A DNA stretch of 64,000 bases from Paecilomyces variotii (taxonomy: Eukaryota), in assembly GCA_004022145.1 (NCBI GenBank), contig RCNU01000007.1. One strand, written 5' to 3'. The notes beneath the pieces were generated by a model that saw only the letters and a program-made list of their open reading frames with translations, searched no databases and was not told the DNA's origin. Below, piece by piece: positions 63,798-64,000 of the stretch; the first letter of the stretch is position 1, and every line of letters starts with the position of its first letter. The translations under genes and the position numbers were made by a program.

Positions 63798-64000
63798 TAG
63801 ACTGGTTATATGGGTGGTTTGGTTCGGTTCAGGGGAGGGTTAGACTGCCTATAGTGGGTTTTAGTTTAAGGCAGGAAAACTATACTTAAACCGAACTATA
63901 TTCTGGCGGTTCGGTTTAAAACTAAAAAAACCAAAATATTTGCTAAGACCGGGCGCTAAACTAACTTAAGTTAGATTTTTCTTAAACAGTTTGGTTTAAA
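63798..64000. mobile_element. Probable DNA-transposon terminus (hAT-like) running off the window edge
   Basis: Starts TAGACTGG at the composition boundary, then has GGTTY/RAACC subterminal motifs in both orientations (ggtttggttcggttc, aaaccgaac, ggttcggttt, gtttggttt). The partner TIR is not in the window. Confidence 0.45.

Overview
Gene-dense 64-kb segment of a filamentous ascomycete chromosome, most likely Eurotiales (Aspergillus/Penicillium/Paecilomyces-like). This assignment is inferred from short GT-AG introns with CTRAC branch points and from the gene content. I can build about 22 protein-coding gene models plus one tRNA-Glu(CTC). Most are housekeeping genes: Mtm1-type carrier, Hrt3/Pof7 F-box, Dhr2-type DEAH helicase, rpl10, rpl30, zeta-COP, Rqc2, Sua5, adenine deaminase, complex I 24-kDa subunit, Rna15, prohibitin-2, Rmt2, an Rds1-like protein and GH3 beta-xylosidase. 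The standout gene is an intact 7-exon, ~2134-aa DNMT5 (C5-cytosine methyltransferase fused to RING and SNF2 ATPase), which the ORF track breaks into fragments. Also hidden from the ORF track are: a spliced two-finger C2H2 gene; a TA-flanked MITE; a long hairpin in rpl10 intron 1; a probable non-AUG mitochondrial extension on Sua5; a perfect UaY site with a GATA cluster upstream of the adenine deaminase; and, at the right end, a RIP-type AT-rich, CpG-free block with gene relics and a probable transposon terminus. All exon boundaries and family calls were made by eye from motifs; no database searches were run.
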